This document shows positions 8,413 to 18,168 of a stretch of DNA of 64,000 nucleotides, in pieces; the first letter of the stretch is position 1, and each line of letters opens with the position of its first letter. Both the position numbers and the translations under genes were made by a program. Under the pieces are notes generated by a model, which saw only the letters and a list, made by a program, of their open reading frames with translations, was not told the origin of the DNA and did not search any database. The DNA comes from Gammaproteobacteria bacterium (lineage in GTDB: Bacteria; Pseudomonadota; Gammaproteobacteria; HK1). The stretch is taken from NCBI GenBank assembly GCA_965223775.1, contig OZ245021.1:5069517-5133516 (forward strand). Direction: 5' to 3'.

Positions 8413-11400
8413 TCAGTCGGCAACGGCCGCGAGCTGGCGGCCGACGAGCTGGCTGTAGAGGCCCCGACGGCCGAGGAGCTCGTCGTGGCTCCCGATCTCC
8501 ATTACCCGGCCCTCGTCCATCACCACGATGCGGCCCGCGCTTCGCACCGTGGACAGCCGGTGCGCGATGATGACCGTGGTGCGATCGTGCATCAGCGTCT
8601 CGAGCGCGTGCTGCACGGCCTGCTCGCTCACCGCATCGAGGTGGGAGGTCGCTTCGTCGAGGACGAGGACGGGGGCATCCTTGAGGAACGCGCGGGCGAT
8701 GGCGACCCTTTGCCGCTGTCCACCCGAGAGTCGCACCCCTCGTTCCCCCACCGGGGTATCGAGGCCCTCCGGCAAGGCGGCCGCAAAATCGGCGAGCGCG
8801 GCCCGCTCCACGGCCCGGACGATCGCCTCCTCGTCCGCCTCCGGCCGCGCGACGAGGATGTTCGCCCGGAGCGTCTCGTTGAAGAGCCAGGTGTCCTGGC
8901 TCACAAGCGCGATGCGGGCGCGGAGCTCGTCGAGGCGCCACTGCCGGAGATCGTGCCCCGCGAGGCGTACCGTCCCCCGTTCCGGATCGAAGAAGCGGAG
9001 CAACAGGTGGGCGGCGGTCGTCTTGCCCGCTCCGGAAGGCCCGACGAGAGCGATGCGCATTCCCGCCGGAACCTCGAAGGACACCTCGCGAAGAGCCCGA
9101 TCCTCGCGGCCGGGGTAACGAAAGTCGACCGCCTCCATCGCGAGCGCCAGTCCCCCGGCCGCGCCCCTCGGCCCGGTCAGGGGCGCCGCCGCGGGGACCG
9201 CCAGCGGCCCCGAGACCGCTGCATCCGCCTCCGGCCTCCCCGACCCCCCCGGGGCATCCGCCTCCGGCCCCCCCGGACCCTCCGGGGCGACCGCCTCCTC
9301 TTCGAGACTCCGGGGTTCCCGATGAACCGCGACCACCCCCGGGCCGTCCCGCACCGTCACCGGTTCGCGATGCACCGCGTACAGCCGGCGGGTCGCGCCG
9401 AGCGTGTCGGAGAGCTGCCGCCCGATGTACGCGATCTCCGACACGGGAAGGAACGAAGCCATCGCGATGAGGGCGAGCAGGGGAAGCAGTGCCGAATCGA
9501 GGCGCCCGACCGACACGAGCCAGGCTCCGCTCACCACCACCATGAGGCCCCCGAGCCCGGTCGCGGTCTCGAGCACCACGTTCTGCAGGGTGAGGCTCCG
9601 GAAGAAGGGGAGTCTGAGGCCGACGTGGCGCCGGGCGAGGTTGAGGAACTCGCGGCGCCGCTCGGGCGTGCGCTCGAACGCGATGATCTCGCCAAGCCCC
9701 TGGATGGTGTCCACCGTGTGGGCATTGAGGTCGGCGAGCGCTTCGCGGGCCCGCGAACCGAGCACGTCCACCCGGTGGCGGGCGAGGAAGGGGCTCAAGG
9801 CGACGACCGCGAGGATGGGGGCGAGGGCCGCCGCGAGCGGCCAGCCGAACCACAGCAGCACCCCGACGACGGTCGCGGGAACGAGCACCGCGACCAGCCC
9901 CGGAGCGATGGTGTGCGCGAAGAAGTACTCCACCAGCTCCACGTCGTGGGTCGCCATCGCGACGAGGTCACCGGAACGCCGGCGGAGCAGCCACGCGGGG
10001 GCGAGCGCGTCGATCTTGCGATAGAGATCGATCCGCATCCGGGCAAGCATGCGGAACGCCATGTCATGGGCAATCCAGGACTCGACCCAGTGCAGGATCC
10101 CGGCCGCCGGGGCCGCCGCGTAGAGGGCGTACAGCCACGGGGTGAAGTCGCCGCCGCGCTTGAGGGCGGCCACCGCGAGGGCGCTCAACACCCCGACCCC
10201 GATGAGGCAGGCCACACGGACGACCCCGAACCCGAACGTGAGGGCGAGCCGGCCCCGCCACGGCCGGACGTGGCGGAAGAGCTCGCGGAACGCCCCGAGC
10301 CAACCCAGGCCCTCGGCGCGGGTGATCTCGTCGGCCGGCCCTCCGCCCGAGAACAGGGGAGCGAGGTCCTCGGCCGGCGTCCGGCCGGCGGGAGCGGCGA
10401 GCTCGACGTCGTCGGGCTTGCGGCTCTCCTCCGCCTGACCTCGCATCAGGTGGAAGTAGGCCCCCGCGCGGCGCATGAGATCCGCGTGCCGGCCCGACTC
10501 CACCACCCGACCGCCGTCGAGGACGAGGATGCGGTCAGCCCCGATGACGCTCGACAGGCGGTGGGCGAAGATGAGCGTCGTGCGGCCCGCCATCAGGCGT
10601 TCGAGCGCCTCCTGGATCACCGCCTCGTTCTCCGCGTCCACCGCGCTCAGCGCTTCGTCCAGCACCAGAATGGGCGCGTCCCGGAGCACCGCGCGGGCGA
10701 TCGCGACCCGCTGGCGCTGCCCGCCGGAAAGCCGCACCCCGCGCTCACCGACGACCGTCCGGTAGCCGTCCGGCAGACGCTCGATGAACTCGTGCGCGTT
10801 CGCAGTGCGGGCGGCGGCGGCGAGCTCCTCGCGGGTCGCATCCGGCTTGCCGAAGCGAAGGTTGTCCTCCACCGTGCCGTGGAAGAGGATGGTGTCCTGG
10901 TTGACGACCGCGATCCGCCCGTGGACCTCGTGGGCGGAGAGCTCGCGGAGGTCACGTCCTCCCATGCGGACCGACCCCGCGTCCGGGTCGTAGAGGCGAA
11001 GGAGGAGGCGGACGATCGACGTCTTGCCGGCACCGCTCGACCCGACGAATCCGACCCGTTCCCCGGCTTCGATCCGGAAGTCGAGACCGCGATGTGCGGG
11101 GCGCCGCGCGCCGGGATAGGTGAACCCCACCGCTTCGAACTCCACCGTCGGCGCCATCTCCTCCCTCGCGCCGGAGTCCTTCGAGGCGGAATACTCGACG
11201 AGCGGCCGCCCCGCGAGGAGACTCAGCACGCCGTCGGCCGCCGCCATTCCGACCAGTCCCTGGTGGAGCAAGGCGCGCAGATCGCGCTGCGGCCGGAACA
11301 CCTCGATGCCCATCATCAGCACGACGAGCAGCTCGGCGAGGCTCATCGCCCCCGCATCCACCCTGAACGCGCCGTAGCCGAGCACCACCGCGGCGCCGAC

Positions 11401-12156
11401 CGCGAGCCCCACGTCGGTGATCCCGCGGCCGAGGGAGTTGACCGCGAGGACCCACATCGTGGTGCGGAAGACCTCCTGCGCCCGCGCGGCGAGACGGCGG
11501 CCGCGCGTGCCGCTCTGACCGAACGCCTTGAGGGTCGCAAGCCCCTGGAGGGTGTCGAGGAACTCGGCCGCAAACGCCGCGTAGGCGCGCTGGCGCCGGC
11601 GGCTGTTCGCGCGGTCCCACCGGGTGAACGCGGCGGGGGCGAGGAGGGTGAACAGGGCGAACGCGAGCAGGACCAGCGCGACCGGAAGGTCGAGGAACGC
11701 GAGGAACGCGAACACGATGATCGGGGTGAGCGCGGCCACGCAGAGCTGGGGCAGGAACTGGCCGAACCACGTCTCGAGCTGCTCGACCCCCTCCACGATC
11801 GATACCAGCACCGCCCCGGTACGCTCGAGACCGAACCACGCCGGCCCGAGCCTGGTGACCTGGTCGTAGAGGCGCTCGCGCAGGTGCATCTGCACCCGGG
11901 CCGCGGTGCGGTGCGCGATCATGTTGCGCCAGTACTCGAGCCACCCCCGGAGCAGCATGACCCCGCCGACGAGGGCGAACTTCCATGCCAGCGCCTCGAA
12001 CGGCTCGCCCGCGAAGACCCCCGCGATCAGCCACCCGAGCGCGGCGAGACGGCCGATCCCGACCAGCGCGGCGGCGAGGCCGACCACAACCGCGAACGCG
12101 ATCCGCCCGCGCACACCGGCGGTAAACGCAAAGAGTCCGGGGTCGGGCAACATCGC
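8413..12156 (-). CDS. Fused two-half ABC exporter (TMD-NBD-TMD-NBD), CydD/CydC-like thiol exporter family
   Basis: A single 1282-aa ORF with two six-TM domains and two NBDs (GSSGAGKTS...LSGGQRQRVAIARA and GPSGAGKTT...LSGGQRQRVAIARA). The start could be the ATG at 12261 or the internal ATG at 12156; the latter avoids overlap with the LOG gene. Confidence 0.8.
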   Translation of the reverse strand, partial: AMLPDPGLFAFTAGVRGRIAFAVVVGLAAALVGIGRLAALGWLIAGVFAGEPFEALAWKFALVGGVMLLRGWLEYWRNMIAHRTAARVQMHLRERLYDQVTRLGPAWFGLERTGAVLVSIVEGVEQLETWFGQFLPQLCVAALTPIIVFAFLAFLDLPVALVLLAFALFTLLAPAAFTRWDRANSRRRQRAYAAFAAEFLDTLQGLATLKAFGQSGTRGRRLAARAQEVFRTTMWVLAVNSLGRGITDVGLAVGAAVVLGYGAFRVDAGAMSLAELLVVLMMGIEVFRPQRDLRALLHQGLVGMAAADGVLSLLAGRPLVEYSASKDSGAREEMAPTVEFEAVGFTYPGARRPAHRGLDFRIEAGERVGFVGSSGAGKTSIVRLLLRLYDPDAGSVRMGGRDLRELSAHEVHGRIAVVNQDTILFHGTVEDNLRFGKPDATREELAAAARTANAHEFIERLPDGYRTVVGERGVRLSGGQRQRVAIARAVLRDAPILVLDEALSAVDAENEAVIQEALERLMAGRTTLIFAHRLSSVIGADRILVLDGGRVVESGRHADLMRRAGAYFHLMRGQAEESRKPDDVELAAPAGRTPAEDLAPLFSGGGPADEITRAEGLGWLGAFRELFRHVRPWRGRLALTFGFGVVRVACLIGVGVLSALAVAALKRGGDFTPWLYALYAAAPAAGILHWVESWIAHDMAFRMLARMRIDLYRKIDALAPAWLLRRRSGDLVAMATHDVELVEYFFAHTIAPGLVAVLVPATVVGVLLWFGWPLAAALAPILAVVALSPFLARHRVDVLGSRAREALADLNAHTVDTIQGLGEIIAFERTPERRREFLNLARRHVGLRLPFFRSLTLQNVVLETATGLGGLMVVVSGAWLVSVGRLDSALLPLLALIAMASFLPVSEIAYIGRQLSDTLGATRRLYAVHREPVTVRDGPGVVAVHREPRSLEEEAVAPEGPGGPEADAPGGSGRPEADAAVSGPLAVPAAAPLTGPRGAAGGLALAMEAVDFRYPGREDRALREVSFEVPAGMRIALVGPSGAGKTTAAHLLLRFFDPERGTVRLAGHDLRQWRLDELRARIALVSQDTWLFNETLRANILVARPEADEEAIVRAVERAALADFAAALPEGLDTPVGERGVRLSGGQRQRVAIARAFLKDAPVLVLDEATSHLDAVSEQAVQHALETLMHDRTTVIIAHRLSTVRSAGRIVVMDEGRVMEIGSHDELLGRRGLYSQLVGRQLAAVAD

Positions 12157-12226
12157 GCGTTCTTGCGGACTCAGGCCGAGCGGGGTGCGCTCGCCCGGTG
12201 CGGGAAGGTGGGAAATCCCTCCCCGA

Positions 12227-12802
12227 TCACTCGGTCGCGCCCGGCGCTTCGGACGGAACAACCCCCATCAGGCGGTCCACGAGCCTTCCCGCTTCGTCTT
12301 CGACGATCAGCTCCTCGCGCGCTCCACGCCCGATGAACCCGGCGTCGACCCCCGTATCGAGGAGAGCGACGAAGGGGTCGAAGTACCCGTTCACGTTGAA
12401 CACGCCGCATGGCTTGCCGAGGAGGTCGAGGTAGTTCGCGCTCATCACCTCGAAGAGCTCGTCGAAGGTCCCGATCCCGCCGGGAAGGGTGAGAAAGGCG
12501 GCGGCGCGGTCGAACATCACCTGCTTGCGCTCCGCCATGGAATCGACCATGACCAGCTCGCTCAGCCCGGACGCGAGAATCTCCCGGTCGGCGAGGAATC
12601 GAGGGGCCACGCCGACGATGCGGACCCCGGCCTCGGCCGCCGCCTCGGCCACCGTCCCCATCATCCCGCCGCCCCCGCCGCCGTAGACGAAGCCGAGGCC
12701 GCGCGCGGAGGCCGCCTGCACCATCGCCCGGGCGGCGGCTGCGTGCGCGGGGTCCCGGGCCGGCCGGGCGCCGGCGAAGACGCAGATGAGAGGGGGGGAC
12801 AT
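12227..12802 (-). CDS. LOG-family protein (cytokinin riboside 5'-monophosphate phosphoribohydrolase-like, TIGR00730)
   Basis: MSPPLICVFAGA..., the PGGIGTFDELFE motif and GYFDP. Length is about 191 aa from the ATG at 12802; the 12859 start is an alternative. Confidence 0.8.
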   Translation of the reverse strand: MSPPLICVFAGARPARDPAHAAAARAMVQAASARGLGFVYGGGGGGMMGTVAEAAAEAGVRIVGVAPRFLADREILASGLSELVMVDSMAERKQVMFDRAAAFLTLPGGIGTFDELFEVMSANYLDLLGKPCGVFNVNGYFDPFVALLDTGVDAGFIGRGAREELIVEDEAGRLVDRLMGVVPSEAPGATE

Positions 12803-12960
12803 CAGCGCTTGTCTCGCTGCAGCGGTCGTGAAGGGCATGCCTGCTTCGCGGCCGGACACATCGCCTGACCAAACGGCGCGATGGAAATCAGGTGCGGCAT
12901 GGGAGGGTCAGGGCGATTGGTGGACGGACCGCGGAAGAGCCGGCGGCAACCGTCCCGCGC

Positions 12961-13584
12961 CTATCGCTTCCGGCATCCGTCGAGCCGGGCCTGCCACTCG
13001 TCCGCCTTCCCGGAATCGGGGGCGAGCCCCAGCTCGCCATCGCGGAAGGCCCGGACCAACCGGCGGACGGCGGCGCAGTGCCCGCCCTGCGCCCCGTGGG
13101 TATACCAGGCGAGGGCGAGACCCTCGTCCGAGGCCACCATCGTTCCCTGGCCCTGCTCCGCCAGCAGGCCCATGAAGGTCTGGGCCGGCGGATAGCGGCT
13201 CTCCGCCGCGGCCTCGACGAACCGCACCGCTTGCAACTGGTCGAACGTGGCCCCGCCGAGCCCGAACATGTGGAGCATCCCGAGATGGTAGACGGAGGCG
13301 GGGTCGCCCCGAGCGGCGAGCGGCTCCCAGGCTTTGCGGGCGGCCGCGAACCCCGGGTGCTTCGGATCGCGGGAGGCCACGGCTTCGTCATAGACGGCAA
13401 GCGCCGCGAGGTGCGCCTCGCGTACCTCGGGGGCGACGGGAGCAATCTCCGTCTCGGGCAGGACGTTCGCCCGCCGGTACTTCTCGAGACCGGTGGAACC
13501 TTCATCCCCTGCCCCGGCGACCCCGCACCACAGGACGGACCCGACCATCACCACCGATGCCCACTTGGCCGCCCCGTAGGTCAC
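12961..13584 (-). CDS. Sel1-repeat (TPR-like) protein, probably exported
   Basis: Sel1-like repeats (YHLGMLHMFGLGG..., LAWYTHGAQGGHCAAV). A hydrophobic N-terminal segment follows the GTG at 13584; the ATG at 13548 is an alternative start. Confidence 0.6.
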   Translation of the reverse strand: MTYGAAKWASVVMVGSVLWCGVAGAGDEGSTGLEKYRRANVLPETEIAPVAPEVREAHLAALAVYDEAVASRDPKHPGFAAARKAWEPLAARGDPASVYHLGMLHMFGLGGATFDQLQAVRFVEAAAESRYPPAQTFMGLLAEQGQGTMVASDEGLALAWYTHGAQGGHCAAVRRLVRAFRDGELGLAPDSGKADEWQARLDGCRKR

Positions 13585-14311
13585 CTTCCCCTCCAACCTC
13601 GAATCAGTTCTCGATACGGGCCGACGAATCGGCCCGACCGGCAACCGCGCACCCCCGGAGAATCCACGTACATGCGACGACCCGCCTGAGCGCCGCCGGC
13701 TCCGCCTTCGGCTACGACCGCTCCGTGACCGCAAACGTCAACGCGGCGTTCCGCCGCCACGATGCCGAGCGCAGGCGGAGGCACGAACGCCGCGGCGGCG
13801 AGGATAGCACGACGCCGAGGACGGCCCCGTGCCCGGACGCTGCACCGCAAGCAGCTTGTAGTGCGACCGGACCGCCGCCAGGAGGTAGCGTGCGGTCAAG
13901 CACGGCGTCATGAGCCACCACTGGCGCTTCGGCCACATGCCCCCGGTACCGGGTGTGTCGCAGAAGGACGTCGCGAAGATCATCGCATTCGTGCGCAAGC
14001 TACAGCGAGCCAATGGGGTCTGCTGAGCCCCCGCCTTCGCGTTCGAACTTGTCGCCTGCGCCCGTCCGGCTTCCGGTGCATCGCCTGCACTCCTGACTGG
14101 AGACGCCGCTGCGCGAAGTCGTCTCAGAAGATCAATCGAGCTCGAATTCACGGTCGCGTGCGCGATCCTGGTGACGACCGCGACATTGACGACCATCGCT
14201 TCACCGGAGACGGTGATCCGATTCGCGGCGACGCGCCGCACCGTCCCCGGGTGGTGTCGTGTTCTCACGGCTTGATCTTCCGGTAGCTGGAACCCCTACA
14301 TTGAATTCTCG

Positions 14312-16807
14312 TTGCTTGCCTCGGACAGCAGTATGGAGCCGGTAGCCGAAGTACGCGTGACCCCGATTGAACGGGATCCCGTGTGCGGGATGAAGGTCGA
14401 TCCTTCGACGCGAGGACTCTCGCTGGAGCATTCGGGGCGCCGATACCATTTCTGCGCCGAGCCGTGCCGCGCGAAATTCGCCGCGGCACCCTCGAGCTAC
14501 CTCGAGTCCGAAGATCCCGTCTGCGGGATGCGGGTTCACCGCGCCTCGGCAGAGCATTTCTCCTCGTACGCCGGAGAGCGCTACTTCTTCTGTTCAGGAA
14601 GGTGCCGGTCCCGTTTCGAGGCTTCCCCGGGTGAGTATCTCGGTGACCGTGCGGAGCGCAATCCCGCGCCCCCGGGCACCCGCTGCACCCGCTACACCTG
14701 CCCGATGGACCCGGAGATCGTGCGCGACGCTCCGGGGGACTGCCCGATTTGCGGCATGGCGCTCGAGCCCATGGTGCAGTCCCGGGAGGCGGGCCCCAAT
14801 CCGGAGCTCGTGGACTTCAGGCGGCGCCTTTGGATCGGTGCCCCCCTCGGCCTCGCAACGCTGGTCCTCGAAATGGGAGGGCACCTCGGCATCCCCTTTG
14901 CCGAATGGCTTGGACCGCTCCTGCACGTCTGGCTCCAGCTTGTTCTTGCAACCCCGGTTGTCGCCTGGGTGGCGGCTCCATTTTTTCGGCGCGGCTGGAC
15001 GTCGGTCGTTCACCGCCGCCTCAACATGTGGACCCTGATTGCCCTCGGTGCGGGTGCGTCCTATGCATTCAGCGTGGTTGCGGTGCTTGCGCCGGACTTG
15101 TTCCCCGCATCGGTGCGTGGACCCCATGGACTGCCTCCGGTCTACTTCGAAGCCGCAGCGGTGATTCTCCTTCTCGTGCTCGTCGGACAGGTGCTCGAGC
15201 TCTCCGCACGCGAGCGCACGGGCGATGCCATCCGCGCGCTCCTCGATCTCGCGCCGAAGACCGCGCGCCGGATCGGCGACAACCGCTACGAGGACGTGCC
15301 GCTCGAAATGGTCGGGGTCGGCGACCGGCTCCAGGTCCGGCCCGGCGAGAGCGTCCCGGTCGACGGGGTGGTGCTTCGCGGGCGTTCGGCAGTCGACGAG
15401 AGCATGCTCACGGGGGAGGCGATACCCGTCGAAAAGGCACCCGGCGACGCGGTGACTGCAGGCACGCTCAACCGCTCCGGGTTGTTCAGCATGCGTGCCG
15501 AGCGAATCGGGGCGGACACCGTCCTTGCCCGGATCGTCGACCTGGTTGCTACCGCGCAGCGAAGCCGCGCGCCTGTCCAGGGGCTTGTGGACCGTGTTGC
15601 GAGCTGGTTTGTGCCGGCGGTGATCGCGGTGGCGTTGGCCGCGTTCGCCGTCTGGCTGCTCGTCGGCCCCGAGCCCGCTCTCTCCCACGCTCTCCTCGTC
15701 GCGGTCAGCGTCCTCGTCATCGCCTGTCCGTGCGCGCTCGGGCTCGCTACCCCCATGTCGATCATGGTGGCGACAGGACGCGGAGCCCGAGAAGGAGTGC
15801 TGGTTCGCGACGCGGCGGCGCTCGAGAGCCTCGCGCAAGTGGACACGCTGGTCGTCGACAAGACCGGCACCCTGACCGCAGGAACGCCGGAGCTGACTGA
15901 TGTGCTCACCATGGGTGCAGGGATGGGCGAAGGCGAACTGCTTGCCCTTGCCGCCTCGGTCGAACGCGGATCGGAGCACCCGCTTGCGGCGGCGATCGTC
16001 CATGGCGCCGAGGCGCGGGGGATCACCCTGCACGAAGCGACGGACATCGAGGCGGTTCCCGGAAAAGGGATCAGGGGCCGGGTCGCGGGCCGAGATCTCG
16101 CCCTGGGCAATGCGGCGCTCATGCTCGACCTCGGCATCGAGCTCGGGGCCGGGTCGCGCGACGGCGAACGGCTTCAGCGCGCTGGCAAGACGGCAATGTT
16201 CGTCGTCGTGGACGGGGAGCTTCAGGGCATTGTGGCGGCGGCGGATCGGCTACGGCCCACCGCACGCGAAGCGCTGGGGATACTGCGCGAGCTGGGCCTT
16301 GGCGTCGTGATGGCGACCGGTGACAACGTGCTCACGGCGCGCGCGGTCGCCCGGGAGCTCGACATCAACGACTGGCGGGCGGAGACCGGCCCGGAGGACA
16401 AGAGCGATCTGGTCGCCGAGCTCCGGACCGGCGGGCGTCGGATCGCCATGGCGGGCGACGGCATCAACGACGCACCGGCGCTCGCAACGGCCGACGTCGG
16501 GATCGCGATGGGGACCGGCGCGGACGTCGCGGTCGAGAGTGCGGAGATCACGCTCATTGGCGGCGATCTCACTGGAATCGTACGTGCCGTGCGGCTCGCC
16601 CGCGCGGCCTCAGCCAACATCCGCCAGAATCTGCTCTTCGCCTTTGCCTACAATGTGGTCGGAGTCAGCATTGCCGCGGGTGTGCTTTACCCGGCGTTTG
16701 GCCTGCTTCTGTCTCCCATCGTTGCCGCCGCCGCCATGAGCCTTTCGTCCGTGTCGGTCATCGGCAATGCGCTTCGGCTCAGAAGCGCCCGGCTCGGTAG
16801 TCCTTGA
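14312..16807 (+). CDS. copA: Copper-translocating P1B-type ATPase with two N-terminal TRASH/YHS-like metal-binding modules
   Basis: 831 aa with two CGM.V...HFC..C..F modules, the CPC transmembrane motif, phosphorylation site DKTGTLT, GDGINDAPAL and eight TM segments. Confidence 0.9.
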   Translation: MLASDSSMEPVAEVRVTPIERDPVCGMKVDPSTRGLSLEHSGRRYHFCAEPCRAKFAAAPSSYLESEDPVCGMRVHRASAEHFSSYAGERYFFCSGRCRSRFEASPGEYLGDRAERNPAPPGTRCTRYTCPMDPEIVRDAPGDCPICGMALEPMVQSREAGPNPELVDFRRRLWIGAPLGLATLVLEMGGHLGIPFAEWLGPLLHVWLQLVLATPVVAWVAAPFFRRGWTSVVHRRLNMWTLIALGAGASYAFSVVAVLAPDLFPASVRGPHGLPPVYFEAAAVILLLVLVGQVLELSARERTGDAIRALLDLAPKTARRIGDNRYEDVPLEMVGVGDRLQVRPGESVPVDGVVLRGRSAVDESMLTGEAIPVEKAPGDAVTAGTLNRSGLFSMRAERIGADTVLARIVDLVATAQRSRAPVQGLVDRVASWFVPAVIAVALAAFAVWLLVGPEPALSHALLVAVSVLVIACPCALGLATPMSIMVATGRGAREGVLVRDAAALESLAQVDTLVVDKTGTLTAGTPELTDVLTMGAGMGEGELLALAASVERGSEHPLAAAIVHGAEARGITLHEATDIEAVPGKGIRGRVAGRDLALGNAALMLDLGIELGAGSRDGERLQRAGKTAMFVVVDGELQGIVAAADRLRPTAREALGILRELGLGVVMATGDNVLTARAVARELDINDWRAETGPEDKSDLVAELRTGGRRIAMAGDGINDAPALATADVGIAMGTGADVAVESAEITLIGGDLTGIVRAVRLARAASANIRQNLLFAFAYNVVGVSIAAGVLYPAFGLLLSPIVAAAAMSLSSVSVIGNALRLRSARLGSP

Positions 16808-16844
16808 CATTCCAGTTCCCGGAATCCCTGCGCCGACCATCGGA

Positions 16845-16892
16845 AGCAAGATCGAAAGCAAGATCGAAAGCAAGATCGAAAGCAAGATTGGA
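16845..16892. repeat. Four-copy 12-bp tandem repeat (AGCAAGATCGAA) in the copA-cueR intergenic region
   Basis: agcaagatcgaa repeated three times, then agcaagattgga. It lies just upstream of the MerR-family start codon at 16902. Confidence 0.9.
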
Positions 16893-16901
16893 GCGTCCAT
16901 C

Positions 16902-17177
16902 ATGCGAATCGGAGAGATCGCAGAACGAAGTGGCCTTCCGCCAAAGACAATCCGACACTACGAGGACATCGGTCTTATTCGACCGGACCGGACCGAGAAC
17001 GGCTACCGCTGCTTCACGGACGCGGATGTGCACAGGCTCATCTTCCTCGCCCAGGCGCGCGCGCTCGGCTTTTCGCTCGAAGACCGCCGTGCCTTGCTCG
17101 AGCTCCATGGGGATCGTCGGCGTTCGAGTGCCGATTCGCCTTCGTCTCGTCAACGTGGCGAACGCGAGTGTCCGTAA
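16902..17177 (+). CDS. MerR-family (CueR-like) regulator, C-terminally truncated; HTH domain only
   Basis: MRIGEIAERSGLPPKTIRHYEDIGLIRP...GYRCF...ARALGFSLED aligns with the CueR N-terminus. The ORF ends after 91 aa, with no dimerisation helix or Cys metal-binding loop. The stop lies 56 bp from an inserted Uma2 cassette. Confidence 0.6.
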   Translation: MRIGEIAERSGLPPKTIRHYEDIGLIRPDRTENGYRCFTDADVHRLIFLAQARALGFSLEDRRALLELHGDRRRSSADSPSSRQRGERECP

Positions 17178-17232
17178 TCAGGAAGGTCATTCATCACGCC
17201 ATGGGTGTCCCCGATTGCTCACGCTCCCCATC

Positions 17233-18024
17233 TCATCTACTCAACCTCCGCAACTCGGATTCGGTCTCCGGCCGGCCGGGGGTCGCGGAGTACGCCTCGG
17301 CCTCTTCCCGGACACGCGCGCTCAATCGCTGCCGCCGGAGGACGATGCGCGAGACCGCCTCCATCCGCTCCGAGAGGGTGCGGCCGAACCGCACCTTCTC
17401 CACCGCTTCGCACACGTCATCCGGCGTGAGCCCCTCGAGCACCCGCGACGCATCGAGCGTGCGCGGCGGGCTCCCGTCACCGAGGGCAATGAAGTCCACC
17501 CGCAGCTCGTCGGTGCCCTTGCGGCCGTGCAGCCGCCACAGCTCCCGCACCCCCAGGTCGCCATAGCGCTCGATCTTGCCCTCGTCGAAGCTCGTGACCT
17601 CGGTCTCGACCACCAGATCGGGCGCGGTGAGCTCGACGAACGCCACCACCGCCGCGTCTCCTTCGTGACGGGCGGCGTAGTAGCCGCGCGCGCGCTCGCC
17701 GACGTAGAACGCGCAGTCGGGCTCCATCCCCGTGCCGGACGGCTCGCCCGGCCCCCGCAGTCGGGCGGACCGAAGCCCCTTCACCGCATCGGTGACGGCG
17801 CTTCCCGCCGCATCCACGATGCGGTCGACGAGTTCAGTCAGGTCTTCGTGCAGGTGCGAGGGCGCCATCAGGGTGATGATCCCCCGCACCGGGTCGAGGC
17901 AGACCCGACGGAAATGCCGGTTCCAGTCAATTGCCGCAAGCGCGACTACGGTATCGGGATCGGCCCGCAGGACGTGGAGGGTGGAGCCGAGGGGTCCGGT
18001 GTGCATCGTGGCGGGATGGTCCAT
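17233..18024 (-). CDS. Uma2-family (DUF820, PD-(D/E)xK) putative endonuclease, copy A
   Basis: APDLVVETEVTSFDEGKIERYGDLGVRELWRLHGR matches the Uma2 core. An ATG at 18024 is preceded by GGAGG. A near-identical paralogue is at 19534..20316. Confidence 0.7.
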   Translation of the reverse strand: MDHPATMHTGPLGSTLHVLRADPDTVVALAAIDWNRHFRRVCLDPVRGIITLMAPSHLHEDLTELVDRIVDAAGSAVTDAVKGLRSARLRGPGEPSGTGMEPDCAFYVGERARGYYAARHEGDAAVVAFVELTAPDLVVETEVTSFDEGKIERYGDLGVRELWRLHGRKGTDELRVDFIALGDGSPPRTLDASRVLEGLTPDDVCEAVEKVRFGRTLSERMEAVSRIVLRRQRLSARVREEAEAYSATPGRPETESELRRLSR

Positions 18025-18168
18025 GAGATCGAACCTCCAATGTGAACCCACGGGCCGCCCGCCGCGAAGCCGCCCGCGCGAATTCTGCACCCCCCGTCAT
18101 CCGGATGTCCATCGCCCACGCGCTCGACTCGCGCCCGGCGAGCGACCGCTCGCACCGAACCGGGACGA

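Noticed and set aside
8375-9853. N-terminal 490-aa extension of the 724-aa ORF ending in the GST
   Set aside because: The Pro/Arg/Gly-rich low-complexity stretch overlaps the CydDC gene on the same strand in another frame. The GST homology starts exactly at the GTG at 8374, which has an RBS.
8377-12336. 1319-aa plus-strand ORF
   Set aside because: Antisense to the fused CydDC-like ABC exporter. The composition is Arg/Glu/Pro/Gly-rich with no recognisable domains.
14594-16033. 479-aa minus-strand ORF inside copA
   Set aside because: Antisense to the P-type ATPase, whose frame carries all the catalytic motifs.
16845-16892. Possible CRISPR-like array
   Set aside because: Only four 12-bp direct repeats with no spacers. 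It is a simple tandem repeat, not a CRISPR.
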